DNA of 64,000 nucleotides from Patescibacteria group bacterium (lineage in GTDB: Bacteria > Patescibacteriota > Minisyncoccia > Phycocordibacterales > Phycocordibacteraceae). Below are positions 19,985 through 30,006 of this stretch, piece after piece (the first letter of the stretch is position 1; every line of letters begins with the position of its first letter). The notes under the pieces were generated by a model that was not told where the DNA came from, made no database searches, and was given only the letters and a program-made list of their open reading frames with translations. A program made the translations under genes and the position numbers. Location of the stretch: positions 41,150 to 105,149 of the forward strand of contig JBBTSV010000003.1 of the NCBI GenBank assembly GCA_038064595.1. Reading direction: 5' to 3'.

Positions 19985-21076
19985 ATGACGGACTTCTCAA
20001 CACCAACATCTAGAGCTACGCCAACGCAAGCAGAAATCACGGAGTGGCTCACCCGTGCGGTCCAGGCCCCCTCGGGCGATAACTCGCAGCCCTGGCGATT
20101 TCGATTTGAGGGAGACACGCTTTTTCTACTCAACCATGCCGAGGCGGACGCCACACAATATAATTTCAGACAACGCGGTTCACTCTTCGCGCACGGGGCA
20201 CTGATTGAAAACCTCTCACTCATAGCAGCTGAACAGGGGTATCAACTCGAATGTGCACTCTTCCCGCCGGTGCAGGGAGCGACTGCACGGCTCACGTTCG
20301 TACCCACCATACCAGTCTCCTCACCGCTTTTGGCCGCACTCCCAATACGTTCCACCAATCGGAAGCCATACGGGTCGCGCCCATTGACGACCGATGATCG
20401 GCGCACGCTTACCGAGGCCGTTGCTACCATACCCACAGTAAGAGTCCAGTTTGTTGGAGAGGCTACAGAGCGAGATCGACTCGCGCAGACATTGAGCGCC
20501 AATGAACAGCTGATCATGGAAAATCAAACACTCCACGACTTTCTCTTCAGCATCATTCGTTGGTCACCAGACGAAGAGAGGGCTGCACCCGGGCTCTCGG
20601 TCAAAACAATGGAACTCCCGCCGCCCGTGTATGTCTTGTTCCGTTTCGTGCTCAACTCATGGAGACGCGTGCAATTTCTCAATCGCTTTGGTTTCTCGAA
20701 GTTCATAAGGACCCAAATCACCACGGCGTATCGCGCTTCAGCAGCATTCGGAGCGATCGTTGTGCCTCACGACACAGATACAGATTTTGTTATCGCAGGA
20801 CGTGCGTTTGAGCGCCTCTGGTTGGCCGCGACACTCCGCGGCATCAGCCTACAGCCAACGGCGGCATTGCCGTACCTTGCGGCACGTGTCGCTCAAGGGG
20901 CAGCAGCTGCCTTTTCGCTTGATCAGCAACGTACGATACAGGAAGCATATAGCGCAATTGCCGCTACCTTTGAGGTGAGTGAGCACGAGACGATTCCGAT
21001 GTTATTTCGCTTGGGATATGGTGACCCTCCATCAGGCATTTCACATAAAGAAGTGCCCATCATCCTCGGCGCGTAA
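19985..21076 (+). CDS. nitroreductase-family oxidoreductase (two-lobed)
   Basis: APSGDNSQPWRF nitroreductase signature. 363 aa. Confidence 0.7.
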   Translation: MTDFSTPTSRATPTQAEITEWLTRAVQAPSGDNSQPWRFRFEGDTLFLLNHAEADATQYNFRQRGSLFAHGALIENLSLIAAEQGYQLECALFPPVQGATARLTFVPTIPVSSPLLAALPIRSTNRKPYGSRPLTTDDRRTLTEAVATIPTVRVQFVGEATERDRLAQTLSANEQLIMENQTLHDFLFSIIRWSPDEERAAPGLSVKTMELPPPVYVLFRFVLNSWRRVQFLNRFGFSKFIRTQITTAYRASAAFGAIVVPHDTDTDFVIAGRAFERLWLAATLRGISLQPTAALPYLAARVAQGAAAAFSLDQQRTIQEAYSAIAATFEVSEHETIPMLFRLGYGDPPSGISHKEVPIILGA

Positions 21077-21084
21077 ATACAGTC

Positions 21085-22713
21085 ATGGACATTCTCACCA
21101 CCCTCATCTACAGCCCTTCGCTCGACAGCATTATGCTGGTGGTGGCAGCGGTGGCCGACATCTTTCTTGCGGGCGCGGTACTCATGAGTAATCCGCGCAG
21201 CGCGACAAACCGCATCTTTTCGCTCCTTACCCTCTTCACAATGCTGTGGCTAGTCACCACCTATATCGTACGCCTTCCAGACTTTCTCCTCGTCTCGCTT
21301 GAACTGCACCGGTTTGGTATTTTTTGTGCCGCGGCGATGAGCGGACTCTTCTTCCTCTTGGCGCACACGATGCCTGCCTCTACGATCCAGCTCAAGCGCT
21401 CAACGTACGTGGTGGTGATTGGGTCAATCCTCCTCATGATGGGCGTCAATCTCTCGCCATATGCATTTACTGGAATCTTGATTGCGAATGGCACCAGTTC
21501 GCCGCTTCCAGGACCGGGCCTGGTAGTGTTTAGCATTCTCTCGACGCTCTACAGCGCGCTCACGGTCTATTGGTTGTTGCGCAAGTACAAACACTCAACT
21601 GGAGATGTGCGGCGCCAGTTCGGACTCGTGCTCTCGGGTATTGTGATCATGCTGGCACTTATTATTGGGACGATTCTCATCCCAATCATCATCTTCAATT
21701 CAATACAGTTCCTTACTTTCACGCCACTCTACACCCTGGTGTTTCTCGGGATGACTGCCTACGCGATAACGAAGTATCAACTTTTCAATATCAAAGTTTT
21801 GCTCACTCAAGCGTTGACGCTGGTGCTCTGTCTCATCCTCTTTGCGCGCATCTTTGGAGAAGAGAGTGTCAACGGACAGGTTATTGATGGAGTCGTACTG
21901 GTGTGTATGGCAGTTTTCGGCTATTTCTTGGTACAGAGCGTAAAAAAGGAAGTGCAGCAACGCGAGCGGATCCAGCTTCTGGCGAGCGAGCTCGAGAAAT
22001 CAAATGAACAACTTTCTGAGTTTATGTCGCTCGCGACCCACGAGATCCGCAATCCGGCCACCTTTATTAAGGGCTATGCCGCAGGGGCGCTCGAGGGCGA
22101 TCTCGGCGAGCTCACTCCTATTATTAAAGATGGAATGCAGAAGTTGTATGTGCGCGCAAACGACATCATTCACCTCGGCAATCAGTATCTCGATAAGTCA
22201 AAGCTTGAGCTCAACCAGCTTAAATACGAGTTCGCCCCACTCGATGTGCGCAAACTCATTGAAGATTTGGTGCATGAGTTTGAGCCCGCGGCTATTCAGC
22301 AGGGGATTACACTCTCTGCTAAAACAGACTCGGCGGGAACGTATACTATCGAAGCCGATGCCGGGAAGATTAAAGAGGTGGTCGCCAATCTGATCGATAA
22401 TTCAATCAAATATACTCCCAAGGGGTCGGTGACGGTGACACTCTCCCAGAAGAGCTCGGTCGTGAGGGTGGAGATCGCCGATACGGGTGTCGGCATCTCC
22501 GACGACGTGATCCCCAAACTCTTCAAGAAGTTCTCTCGCGCAGATGCACAGAAGGCAAATATTCTCGGCACCGGACTTGGCCTGTATATCGCTAAAGTCT
22601 TCATCGATGCGCACCACGGGAGCGTGCGCGTCGAGTCGACAGGCAAAGACAAGGGTTCGACTTTCATAGTTGAGTTGCCGATCACGCAACCGACTGGCGT
22701 GCCTGTTCGCTAG
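21085..22713 (+). CDS. membrane sensor histidine kinase
   Basis: Six or more TM helices, an H-box SLATHEIRNP and the HATPase_c motifs DTGVGI and GTGLGLYIAK. Confidence 0.85.
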   Translation: MDILTTLIYSPSLDSIMLVVAAVADIFLAGAVLMSNPRSATNRIFSLLTLFTMLWLVTTYIVRLPDFLLVSLELHRFGIFCAAAMSGLFFLLAHTMPASTIQLKRSTYVVVIGSILLMMGVNLSPYAFTGILIANGTSSPLPGPGLVVFSILSTLYSALTVYWLLRKYKHSTGDVRRQFGLVLSGIVIMLALIIGTILIPIIIFNSIQFLTFTPLYTLVFLGMTAYAITKYQLFNIKVLLTQALTLVLCLILFARIFGEESVNGQVIDGVVLVCMAVFGYFLVQSVKKEVQQRERIQLLASELEKSNEQLSEFMSLATHEIRNPATFIKGYAAGALEGDLGELTPIIKDGMQKLYVRANDIIHLGNQYLDKSKLELNQLKYEFAPLDVRKLIEDLVHEFEPAAIQQGITLSAKTDSAGTYTIEADAGKIKEVVANLIDNSIKYTPKGSVTVTLSQKSSVVRVEIADTGVGISDDVIPKLFKKFSRADAQKANILGTGLGLYIAKVFIDAHHGSVRVESTGKDKGSTFIVELPITQPTGVPVR

Positions 22714-22746
22714 CCGCCACAGAGAAGTCTGGTATGCTGAAACTTT

Positions 22747-22833
22747 GCCGTGGTGGCGAAATTGGTAGACGCGCTAGCTTCAGGAGCTAGTTCTCGCAAG
22801 GGATTGGGGGTTCGAGTCCCCCTCACGGCACCA
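22747..22833 (+). tRNA. tRNA-Leu (anticodon CAG)
   Basis: Class II tRNA with a long variable arm, anticodon loop TTCAGGA and an encoded CCA. Confidence 0.85.
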
Positions 22834-22834
22834 G

Positions 22835-22907
22835 GCACCCTTAGCTCAGTTGGTAGAGCAACTCATTTACACTGAGAAGGTCGGGGGTTCGAGTCCCTCA
22901 GGGTGCA
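22835..22907 (+). tRNA. tRNA-Val (anticodon TAC)
   Basis: Acceptor GCACCCT/AGGGTGC, anticodon loop TTTACAC. Starts 1 nt after tRNA-Leu. Confidence 0.8.
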
Positions 22908-22946
22908 CTTGAAACTAATATATATGGTATACCAGTTGATACGTAT

Positions 22947-23642
22947 ATGAACGAATCCTCGGGATCTACGTCAGCACCCTTGTGTGTCGGCATCATTATG
23001 GACGGCAATCGCCGCTGGGCGAGGGAGCGCGGGCTCCCGAGCTTTGAGGGACATCGTGTCGGAAGCGAGGTGCTCCGTACGATTGTAAAATCTCTTCACG
23101 GGAAGAACGTTGCCCACCTCATCCTGTATACATTCTCCACCGAGAATTGGGATCGAGAGCCCAAAGAGGTGGCATATCTCATGGATTTATTCCGCGAGTT
23201 TCTCGGGAAGCATATGGAGGAACTGAAAAAAGAGAATCTCCGTATACGCTTCGTGGGACAGCTCGCGCGCTTTCCTGACGATATACAAGCGCGCATGCGT
23301 GAGGTCGAGCACGATACGAGTGAGAAAGACGGCGGCACGTTGTGGCTCGGTATGTCCTACGGGGGGAGGGCAGAAATAGTGGCGGCCGCGCGTAGCGCGG
23401 CGGAGGCGGGAGAAGAAATTACCGAGGAGTCACTCGCACGGCATATGTGGACGGCGGGCATGCCTGACCCTGATCTCATCATCCGCACCAGTGGCGAGCA
23501 GCGCCTCTCCGGCTTTCTCACGTGGCAAGGGGTCTATAGCGAGCTCTTTTTTACCAAGACGAAATGGCCCGACTTCTCTCCTGAAGAGTTTGATGCAATT
23601 CTTGCAGAATACGCACAACGCGAGCGTCGGCGCGGAAAATGA
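22947..23642 (+). CDS. uppS: undecaprenyl diphosphate synthase
   Basis: IIMDGNRRWA, the cis-prenyltransferase signature. Confidence 0.9.
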   Translation: MNESSGSTSAPLCVGIIMDGNRRWARERGLPSFEGHRVGSEVLRTIVKSLHGKNVAHLILYTFSTENWDREPKEVAYLMDLFREFLGKHMEELKKENLRIRFVGQLARFPDDIQARMREVEHDTSEKDGGTLWLGMSYGGRAEIVAAARSAAEAGEEITEESLARHMWTAGMPDPDLIIRTSGEQRLSGFLTWQGVYSELFFTKTKWPDFSPEEFDAILAEYAQRERRRGK

Positions 23643-24310
23643 CTCTCCCCATTCTCTATGAAGATAGTGATGTCGTCGCGGTGAATAAGCCCTCGGGGCT
23701 GGTGACGCATGATGACGGTCGCACCAAGGAGCCAACCGCGGAGGACTGGTTTAAGGAGACATATCCAGAATCGACCGGAGGATATGTACACCGGCTCGAT
23801 CGCGATACGTCGGGCGTACTCGTGTTTGCTAAAAATAGCACCGCATATGAATATCTGCGCAAAGCTTTTCACGATCACACCGTTGTCAAGACGTACCTCG
23901 CGATAGTCTATGGCGTGCCGAAGGAGAGAAGGGGTGTCATTGATTTTGATATTGGTCGCTCACGCAAGGACTTCAGGCTCCGGAGCGCACAACCGAAGGC
24001 AAAGGGGCGACTCCGTGAGGCGCTCACGCGCTATGAAGTGATCGGTGAGATCCCCGGTTACGCACTTCTTAAGGTGATGCCCGAGACGGGGCGCACCCAC
24101 CAGATCCGGGTACATCTAAAGGCGATCCACCACCCGATTGCTGCTGACCCGCTCTACGCACCAAACCACCCGAAGGGGCTTGGGCTCACCCGGATCGCAC
24201 TCCATGCCGCAGAGATTGACCTACCGCTCCCCTCGGGGGAACGGGCACATATCACCGCCCCGACCCCCTCAGATCTTGAGGCAGCATTTGCCCAGTTTCT
24301 TCCCGCGTGA
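23639..24310 (+). CDS. RluA-family pseudouridine synthase
   Basis: HRLDRDTSGVLVFAK catalytic motif. Confidence 0.85.
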   Translation: MTLPILYEDSDVVAVNKPSGLVTHDDGRTKEPTAEDWFKETYPESTGGYVHRLDRDTSGVLVFAKNSTAYEYLRKAFHDHTVVKTYLAIVYGVPKERRGVIDFDIGRSRKDFRLRSAQPKAKGRLREALTRYEVIGEIPGYALLKVMPETGRTHQIRVHLKAIHHPIAADPLYAPNHPKGLGLTRIALHAAEIDLPLPSGERAHITAPTPSDLEAAFAQFLPA

Positions 24311-24325
24311 TAGAGTGCGACCCAC

Positions 24326-24820
24326 ATGCACAAGGTGATTACTCCCGTGAACGCTGAGGGGCGCGCGAAGCTTGGGCTTCGCGCGGGCGACACGGTGCGC
24401 GTGGTCCAGAACATCGTTGAGCTCAAGAAAGGTCGCGGTACCGACAAGAAGGAGAAGACGACCAAGAATGCGCGCAAGCAGACCTTTGAGGGCCTGGTGC
24501 TCTCAACCAAGCATGGTAGGGAGGCGGGCGGGATGTTCACGGTGCGCGCGACTCTCTCGGGGGTCGGGGTCGAGAAGACCTTCCCGCTCTACTCGCCGGT
24601 CATCGACTCGATCGAGATCGTGAAGCGTTCCCGCGTCCGCCGCGCCAAGCTCTACTTTATCCGTGAGAAGGCAGCAAAGGCGGTCCGTCGCCAGCTGCGC
24701 AACGCGCGCATGATGCACCTCAAGAGCGACGAGACGATCCCTGTTGAGGTTGTCGCAGACGATGTGGTGGTGGATGCTACCGCAGTTGAAGTAGCGGCAG
24801 AGGAAGTGGTCGCTGCGTAG
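24326..24820 (+). CDS. rplS: 50S ribosomal protein L19 with C-terminal extension
   Basis: L19 core GDTVRV...KRAKLYF, followed by a repetitive Val/Ala/Glu tail. Confidence 0.9.
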   Translation: MHKVITPVNAEGRAKLGLRAGDTVRVVQNIVELKKGRGTDKKEKTTKNARKQTFEGLVLSTKHGREAGGMFTVRATLSGVGVEKTFPLYSPVIDSIEIVKRSRVRRAKLYFIREKAAKAVRRQLRNARMMHLKSDETIPVEVVADDVVVDATAVEVAAEEVVAA

Positions 24821-24916
24821 TTTTCATACCGACAAAATCCGAGCCCACGTATGCTCGGATTTTGTTTTTCCACAATTGGTATACGCTACTACCTTGAGCT
24901 AGAGTATACTGGGTGC

Positions 24917-25606
24917 ATGGGGAAGAGTGGTCCAAAGCCGAAAGGGAAAGTGAAAATTACGTGGTCTGCGAACTTTGCCTATGCCCTTGGATTGATCGCC
25001 TCCGATGGCTGTCTTGCTGGAGGACGACATATCGTTCTGGTATCGAAAGACACCGAGCAGCTTGAAAACTTTATGAAGGCTCTCGCGATTACCGTCCCTA
25101 TAGGAAAGACAGCATCCGGTTACAATGGGAATATCGCATCTAAAGTCCAGTTCAGTGATGTCCTGTTCTATAATTTTCTGGAAACAATTGGTCTGATGCC
25201 TCGTAAGTCAAAAATTATTGGAGAGATACAAATTCCAGCTAAGTACTTCTTTGATTTCTTACGCGGCTCTTTTGATGGTGATGGATGCACCTACTCCTAC
25301 TGGGATCCGCGCTGGAAGTCGAGCTTTATGTTCTACACTACCTTCGTCTCCGCGAGCTACAAACACATCGAGTGGCTCCGCGACGAGATTCATGCGCAGT
25401 TAGGTATTCGTGGACACCTGACGGGGGATGGAAAAAGAGTTATCTTTCAGCTCAAATACGCCAAGGCAGACTCACTGAAACTATTGCGTAAAATGTATTA
25501 CTCAAAAAAGGTGCTCTGCCTTTCTCGCAAACGATTGAAAATTGAGAAGATGTTAGGTATAGTGGGTGAGTTGCTAGTGAAAAAGAGCAAGAAATTGACA
25601 AGATAA
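24917..25606 (+). CDS. LAGLIDADG-family homing endonuclease (double motif)
   Basis: LGLIASDGCL and LRGSFDGDGCT motifs. AT-rich. ATG at 24917 after a TATACT box. The stop codon ends 2 nt before tRNA-Leu(GAG). Confidence 0.65.
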   Translation: MGKSGPKPKGKVKITWSANFAYALGLIASDGCLAGGRHIVLVSKDTEQLENFMKALAITVPIGKTASGYNGNIASKVQFSDVLFYNFLETIGLMPRKSKIIGEIQIPAKYFFDFLRGSFDGDGCTYSYWDPRWKSSFMFYTTFVSASYKHIEWLRDEIHAQLGIRGHLTGDGKRVIFQLKYAKADSLKLLRKMYYSKKVLCLSRKRLKIEKMLGIVGELLVKKSKKLTR

Positions 25607-25607
25607 T

Positions 25608-25689
25608 GCCCAGGTGGAGAAATTGGTAGACTTACCGCCTTGAGGTGGCGGCGCCGTAAGGCATGGAGGTTCGAATCCTCTCCTGGGCA
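25608..25689 (+). tRNA. tRNA-Leu (anticodon GAG)
   Basis: Class II tRNA with anticodon stem CCGCC/GGCGG and loop TTGAGGT. Followed by a hairpin terminator at 25749-25770. Confidence 0.8.
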
Positions 25690-25820
25690 CACAAACACAA
25701 AGCCAAAAAATTCCCCAAACAAGGAATCCTTTACAAAGCATCAACATCGGCCACCAGGCAACTGGTGGCCCGACCTCTTTATTTTTATAAAAAAGAGCAG
25801 CAGTACGGTACACTTTACCC

Positions 25821-26351
25821 ATGCTCTACACCCGCAAAGGAGATACCGGGACGACGACCGCATTTGGCTGTAATCAGCAGCGGATCTCTAAGTCGTCAGA
25901 ACTTCCCGAGGCGCTCGGCTCTCTCGACGAGCTCAATGCGTTCATTGGCTTCGTGAAGATGAAGAGCAGCGAGCCGCGGATCGCCACCACGCTGCGCGAT
26001 GTGCAAGAAAAACTTTTCATCATCCAGGCCGAGACGGCGGGAGCGCAGAAGAAGACAGAGGAGGGGAGTGTGCTCGCTCTCGAGGAGCTGGTGAATGCGA
26101 TTGAGAAAGAGATTCCGCCACTGAAGGGCTTCTCGATAGCGGGCGGGACCGAGCTCTCAGCGATGCTCGACGTGGCGCGAACGCTCGCGCGCCGCGCTGA
26201 GCGCCGCCTCACGGCGGTGAACGAGCTCAAGATCCGCGAGCTCTCTCCGGAGACGCTTGCGTATATGAACCGCCTCTCCTCGCTCCTCTTCGCGCTCGCG
26301 CGGCTCGCCAACCACCTCGCGGGCGTCCCCGAGGAGAACCCGAAATATTAA
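25821..26351 (+). CDS. PduO-type ATP:cob(I)alamin adenosyltransferase
   Basis: MLYTRKGDTGTT N-terminal signature. Confidence 0.8.
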   Translation: MLYTRKGDTGTTTAFGCNQQRISKSSELPEALGSLDELNAFIGFVKMKSSEPRIATTLRDVQEKLFIIQAETAGAQKKTEEGSVLALEELVNAIEKEIPPLKGFSIAGGTELSAMLDVARTLARRAERRLTAVNELKIRELSPETLAYMNRLSSLLFALARLANHLAGVPEENPKY

Positions 26352-26396
26352 AGTTGCTTCAAAGCCTTCGTTTTAAACTCGATTTTATGTCATACT

Positions 26397-28487
26397 TTGC
26401 TCATGAATCGCTCCGAGAGCTATGCCGCCGTTAAGCCCTCTAAACCTAACGATCTTGAGGCTAAACCAGGTATCGTTGACGACCAGGAACAGATTCTTGC
26501 AGGATTTTCTCCCGAAGAGCGAAAGATCATCCGCGAAAGAATGCGTCTCCTCTCGCTCATTCCAAATCACATTGGTAAAGACTTCGAGATGGCAGTCGAG
26601 CTGAATACATCGGGCGAAGGATGGCACTGGAACTTCGCTATCAACCACGTCCGTGTTGACCCGAAAGATCTGCTCGAAAAACCCCTCGACTGGTGCCGCC
26701 AAACAATGGTGCATGAGGGTGGTCATCGACGCGTGTCACGTGTTGATTTCATTCCGAAAGATATTTGGGAACAGCCGGGTTTTTCTTCGATGATGAACGC
26801 GATCGAGGATCCACGCATGGAGAACTTCATTTCTGAAGCGTATCCTCCATATCGCAAGCTCCAGAAGACAGCGTACGAGCACGATCTTGAGTCAGAAAAA
26901 CGCATGAAAGAATCCGCCGATGGAAAGCTTGGGCGACAGCCACGCTTCATGCAAGCTGGATTTGAATATATCAAGCAATGGTTCAAGCAGACCCAAGGTA
27001 AGCCATTCGAGCTCTCCGCAGATTTGCCCGACGACGTACGAGTGGTCGTTAATAAAACTCTCAAGGCAGCCGAGGATTCGTGGCTCCGTTATCCGACCAG
27101 AAACGAGGCTGACAAAAGCGAGGAGGTCATTAAAGCGTATGCGGAAAAATCATACGAAATCAATCGTGATCGAGTGTGGCCAGACTTTAAGAAGCTTGTC
27201 GAACAAGATATTAAGGATCAAGAAATTCCGGAGTTCCTTAAAGACCTTATGCAAGGAAAGGGCGAAGGAAAACCAGAGGCAGGACAAGGAGAAGGACAGA
27301 GTGAAGGCCTTTCGCCACAGGACATCCAAGATATTAAAGATGCAGTTAAAGCGGCACTTGGCGAAAAGGGTGAAGGCAAGCCCATACCTCCTGGCGCGTT
27401 GTCGGAAGAACTTAAACAGAAAATCCAAGCCGCGTTTGACGCGCTCCCCGAGGATAAAAAGCGCGAGATTATGGAAGCGGCACGCGCTGAAATAAAGGAA
27501 TTGGCAGACGAGTTCGCCGCTCAATTTGAGGGTGAATATATTAAAGCCGGAGAACCACAGGGCGAACCAGAATCGGGGACGCTCGAATCCGAAGGTCGTG
27601 CATGGAGCGAGGCGGAGCGAGCGGCTGATGACACGCGACACGAGATGCGGCGGCGCATGGAAGAGTCACTTGGGCGTAGCGAAGGCGATCCATATCGAGA
27701 GGCACTTACAGAAATGGCCTCATACATCGATGCTCTCACTGGTGATCTGCGTGATGTGTTGGTGAAGCGCAAAATGACCACGACGGAGGCAGGGTATCGT
27801 TCAGGAAGGCGCTGGAATATTCGTACCCGCATTAAAGAGCGTATTGCGGATATCCCGCTTATCAAAACCCAGAGTCGAGAACAGCCAGAATCATCTAGCG
27901 AAGAAACCGACTACGCGGTCCTACTTCAAATCGATCTCTCCGGTTCGATGAGCCGTGGTAACAAAATCGAAGAGGCGTTTAAAGCGATTGTGCTATTGAG
28001 CGAAACATTGAACAATCTCAATATCCACTTCGAGATTGATGGCTTCCAAGACCTCCTTCTCGAATTCAAACGTTTCGAGGAACAGCTCGATGAATCGATG
28101 CGGCTTAAACTGAATCAATTGTTGCTTGAAGTTGAAAATGAAAATCCAGATGGACACAATAACGCGGGTGATAACGACGATGGTGCCTGCCTACGAGAAG
28201 CATCACAGCATCTGGCTAACCAAACAGCACGGGAGAAGATTTTGATCGTCCTCTCCGATGGCCAACCCGCCATGGATTCAGGGCGCAAGAGTCAGGGACA
28301 GCTCGATCGAGAACTCAAGGCGGTTATCCGTGAGATTCGTGAGAATACTGACCAAAAACTCATCGGCATAGGCATCAATTCGAGTGCTGTTTCTAGCTAT
28401 TACGAAAACAATCTCCCGAATGTCGATGCGAAAGAGCTTGCCGAAACCCTCGGTGAGTTACTGCGTAGCGTGATTGAACGCAACTGA
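26397..28487 (+). CDS. VWA-domain protein with N-terminal putative zinc-metallopeptidase motif (MoxR partner-type)
   Basis: HExxH (MVHEGGH) near the N-terminus, a long acidic low-complexity middle region, and a C-terminal VWA MIDAS (DLSGSM ... LSDGQP). Confidence 0.7.
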   Translation: MLMNRSESYAAVKPSKPNDLEAKPGIVDDQEQILAGFSPEERKIIRERMRLLSLIPNHIGKDFEMAVELNTSGEGWHWNFAINHVRVDPKDLLEKPLDWCRQTMVHEGGHRRVSRVDFIPKDIWEQPGFSSMMNAIEDPRMENFISEAYPPYRKLQKTAYEHDLESEKRMKESADGKLGRQPRFMQAGFEYIKQWFKQTQGKPFELSADLPDDVRVVVNKTLKAAEDSWLRYPTRNEADKSEEVIKAYAEKSYEINRDRVWPDFKKLVEQDIKDQEIPEFLKDLMQGKGEGKPEAGQGEGQSEGLSPQDIQDIKDAVKAALGEKGEGKPIPPGALSEELKQKIQAAFDALPEDKKREIMEAARAEIKELADEFAAQFEGEYIKAGEPQGEPESGTLESEGRAWSEAERAADDTRHEMRRRMEESLGRSEGDPYREALTEMASYIDALTGDLRDVLVKRKMTTTEAGYRSGRRWNIRTRIKERIADIPLIKTQSREQPESSSEETDYAVLLQIDLSGSMSRGNKIEEAFKAIVLLSETLNNLNIHFEIDGFQDLLLEFKRFEEQLDESMRLKLNQLLLEVENENPDGHNNAGDNDDGACLREASQHLANQTAREKILIVLSDGQPAMDSGRKSQGQLDRELKAVIREIRENTDQKLIGIGINSSAVSSYYENNLPNVDAKELAETLGELLRSVIERN

Positions 28488-28509
28488 CACACCCTGATAT
28501 ACTTCTCTC

Positions 28510-29502
28510 ATGCCCGAAGGCCCTCCCAAAACGGCACCCAAGATACTCGAACAACAGCTCATAGACTTGAGAGAGATTCAGCGCGCACTCGCCGAGGCGA
28601 GAGAGGCCGGGGATGTGGCGGCCGCAGAGGCACTTATGGAGCAGCATCGAGATGCAGTCGAGCCGATGGAAGCCTCAACATCTCCAGGAGAGTCGCCAGA
28701 AGGTGCCACATTAGCAGATGCCGAACGCATCCTCGGCAAAGAATCGATACTTGGTCCCAAAGCTGTGGAGCAGGTGTTCGGAGTCAAACTAGACCGCATA
28801 CCAGCCATCCCGTTTTCACAGCAGGAATTGCAACGCGCCAAAGAGCTCGGTCAACAACTCATTTTCTACACCGACGCTCTTTCACCCACTACGCTAGGAG
28901 AAAAAGTCAAACCACTTACTCTCGCGAATTTGAAACAGAAATTCACAAAAGCCCACGACGACGGCAAAGTTTTCTACGAACAAGATTGGTACAAGAATGA
29001 AGATTTCTTCAAAAAAGAGAAACCGCGCGTTGGTTGGCGACTCACCTCAAAAGATCTACTCCCAGAGTCAACCTCGAAAAACTATCTCGAACAGACCGAT
29101 GTGCTGATCGAGTATTTACAAAAACAAGTCTTCAAGGGAGCAAAACTTCCGAAACCATATGAAGACGCGATCGCAGAGTGGAAGCGTGAACGAGAAAAGA
29201 TCGAGCCACTGGCGACAAGCTCGACAGACACCGAATGGAAATGTGGTTCCCAAATGCTTACCGATCTTGCGATCACTAAGCTCACACGAGAATTACCAAT
29301 CGAAGTCATGTATCGATTTATCCTTAACGATCAGATAAACAAAGATAAACCCCTCCCCTCAGCCTACACATGGACAGCGAGTCGTTCGTCTGGCGGCTAC
29401 CTCGTGCATGTCGGCGGCTTCGGCGACGCGGGTGCGCTTGTGAGCAGGGGCGACCCCGGCGCTCGCCACGACAATCTCGGCGTCTCGTTCTCCCGCAGTT
29501 GA
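28510..29502 (+). CDS. DGR target protein 1 (variable repeat at its C-terminus; paralogous to the C-terminal 265 aa of target 2)
   Basis: The last 41 codons form VR1. Its C-terminal motif ...NLGVSFSRS resembles a CLec-fold DGR variable region. Confidence 0.75.
   Translation: MPEGPPKTAPKILEQQLIDLREIQRALAEAREAGDVAAAEALMEQHRDAVEPMEASTSPGESPEGATLADAERILGKESILGPKAVEQVFGVKLDRIPAIPFSQQELQRAKELGQQLIFYTDALSPTTLGEKVKPLTLANLKQKFTKAHDDGKVFYEQDWYKNEDFFKKEKPRVGWRLTSKDLLPESTSKNYLEQTDVLIEYLQKQVFKGAKLPKPYEDAIAEWKREREKIEPLATSSTDTEWKCGSQMLTDLAITKLTRELPIEVMYRFILNDQINKDKPLPSAYTWTASRSSGGYLVHVGGFGDAGALVSRGDPGARHDNLGVSFSRS
29378..29499 (+). repeat. DGR variable repeat VR1
   Basis: 122-nt alignment to the template repeat gives 19 mismatches, all at template adenines, and 0 of 91 non-A positions differ. 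Confidence 0.9.
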
Positions 29503-29536
29503 TTTTTGAATAGTGAAGAATGAATCTTTGAATCCT

Positions 29537-29559
29537 CTCCGACCCGTTTAGGGTCGGAG
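29537..29559 (+). other. GC-rich hairpin downstream of VR1 (DGR homing-associated stem-loop / terminator)
   Basis: CTCCGACCC-GTTTA-GGGTCGGAG lies 35 nt after VR1. An analogous hairpin follows VR2. Confidence 0.5.
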
Positions 29560-29593
29560 ACTCTCGAAAAATTATTCTGATATACTTCACCAT

Positions 29594-30001
29594 ATGACAC
29601 AAACCTCAGTTGCCCCATCTGCCCTCATAAGCCAATCTATAGGCCTTCCGAATTTGGTCATTGTTGAAAGCTCTAAAACTCTTGAGGGGGCCGAGGCACG
29701 CGTCCGACAAGATCTAGCGGGCTTTATGAAAGCGTCTGACGCCACCTCGGTGCTTGACCACTTAGAGAAAGGCATAAGCGTCCTCTATATAGAACGAGGT
29801 GAGAAGCTCGATCCTCGCGTAGAAACAATTGTGACCACCTATGCGGCTGGTATGGCGAGCTTCGCTTCACCCAGCGGTCTTGTATCTGCCAGCTTCGATC
29901 CGATGCACACAGCCCTCACCATCGTTATTTCCCGTGACGCTCTTGAAAAGAGCTACCCACAGCTTCTCACTTACGCCGGTGCTGTCACTTCTATTTCATA
30001 A
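29594..30001 (+). CDS. hypothetical protein
   Basis: ORF between the two DGR targets with no recognisable motifs. Confidence 0.35.
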   Translation: MTQTSVAPSALISQSIGLPNLVIVESSKTLEGAEARVRQDLAGFMKASDATSVLDHLEKGISVLYIERGEKLDPRVETIVTTYAAGMASFASPSGLVSASFDPMHTALTIVISRDALEKSYPQLLTYAGAVTSIS

Positions 30002-30006
30002 ATCAT

